Below are positions 62,768 to 64,000 of a stretch of DNA of 64,000 bases, piece by piece. Each line of letters opens with the position of its first letter. Positions within the stretch are counted from its first letter, which is position 1. This DNA comes from Tubulanus polymorphus (lineage: Eukaryota; Animalia; Nemertea): contig NC_134027.1 in assembly GCF_964204645.1 (NCBI RefSeq), positions 10,448,485-10,512,484 on the forward strand, written 5' to 3'. The translations under genes were made by a program, and so were the position numbers. Below the pieces are notes generated by a model. That model had not been told where the DNA came from and ran no database searches. It worked only from the letters and a program-made list of their open reading frames with translations.

Positions 62768-64000
62768 AGGGCGGCGTTGACCAATCGAATCATTACGCAT
62801 ATGAAACTTTCTTCCTTTGGTACAAAATAACTTCCGAACAAAGCTTAGTTTCTCTTCGGAACTTTCAAAACATCCAATGCAATAATAAAATCTCCATCCC
62901 TATTGAATTTCATCGGAATACGTTCCTCATTAATGAATGCATGTATATAGTGCATGTATAATTTAATTCATTTCAAAATTTATTCAGTAAATGAAAAGCG
63001 CGCCTCGCGTGTGACCTAGTTTAAGTTTACTTGGAAACTGCAAATGCTTCAACTGCCAGGGTTCGTCGTAGGCGGCCGCGAAAAGCAGTGAATTTTATAG
63101 AAGGGCAGTGAAATTGGAAAAGGGGAGACCGAATCTTAGACGAAATATGTTTAATTTTCGAAAACAAATTGTCTAAATTATCTAGAAAATCAATTGTCTA
63201 GAAATAAATGAAATCGTTACACTATGAAATGGAAGAGGGGACCCACTACCGTGTATATTCATGATGAATCATCATGCAGTTGTGTGATTACAACATGTAT
63301 ATAGTGCCAATTCACGGAGATCGTAGACAGATTTTCATTCAAAAACTCAATGTCGAAGATTTAAATTGAATTGAATTTATTTTGCATTTCAAAATTACAT
63401 TATGAAATAGAAAAATTTACAGGGTTTCGTGTGAATTTAGGTATACGTTTCCATTCATAATTTGAAAAAAAGAAATTTTCGATCTAATTATCCTGTAATA
63501 AGTCAGTTTTCATCATTTGAATTCAACCCAATAGAGTTTTCACTTTTTTCATTTGTTCTGCTTGATCTCTAGAGTACCAATGTTTAATTTTCATGCTGCA
63601 TCAAACCTACACTCATGTAAATTTAGGAAAGTCCATATAAAGAATTTTGTTTCTTGTTTGAATATTAGAATAAGCATCACCTGTTCATGTAGAGCAGTCG
63701 ACGCCGGAGGGAACCTTAATATTGTGAATAAATGTGCTAAGATGGTTTAATATTCATTGCCGATTGTTTTTCATAAAGAGTTTATTGTTTATCCCAGAAT
63801 TTATTATTGGAACTAATTACGATTATAAATGTAAATATATGTACATAAATATGCCCATTTTTTTCTACTCGGCTATATCTAACAGAAAGCCCCTAATGGA
63901 AAGATCAGACTTTGCTTTATAAATCCATTGATATATGCAGTGGCAAAATTATATCCTACTACATCAATGACATGGAAACTATTTCAGTTGTCGAAGAAAG

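Noticed and set aside
1-64000. Prokaryotic system (operon, CRISPR, defence island)
   Set aside because: Spliceosomal GT-AG gene structure, animal-specific domains, very low coding density, and no regularly spaced repeat-spacer array.

Overview
Eukaryotic (invertebrate animal, probably a bilaterian such as a lophotrochozoan; organism not identifiable from sequence alone), AT-rich genomic DNA. There are no prokaryotic operons, CRISPR arrays or rRNA, and nearly all ORFs in the track are spurious. Two spliced genes can be built by hand from GT-AG junctions with consistent phases. (1) A minus-strand ERG/FLI1-subfamily ETS transcription factor with three coding exons (31049-30905, 28263-28180, 27272-26737; about 254 aa; no PNT-domain exon found). 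(2) A plus-strand gene of about 22 exons (49737-62767; about 868 aa) encoding a type-I membrane protein: signal peptide, CAP/SCP, Cys hinge, EGF, ShKT, mucin-like stalk (partly built from tandemly duplicated 30-42-nt microexons), EGF, EGF, Cys-containing juxtamembrane domain with an RRRLL site, TM, short tail. The rest (1-25.7 kb and 31.5-49.5 kb) is non-coding. It is dense in short non-autonomous repeats (several MITE families, a tRNA-derived SINE, 31-41-bp palindromic micro-elements, some with target-site duplications) and contains two ETS-site-rich regulatory-looking patches. All gene models are manual predictions and need RNA-seq confirmation.
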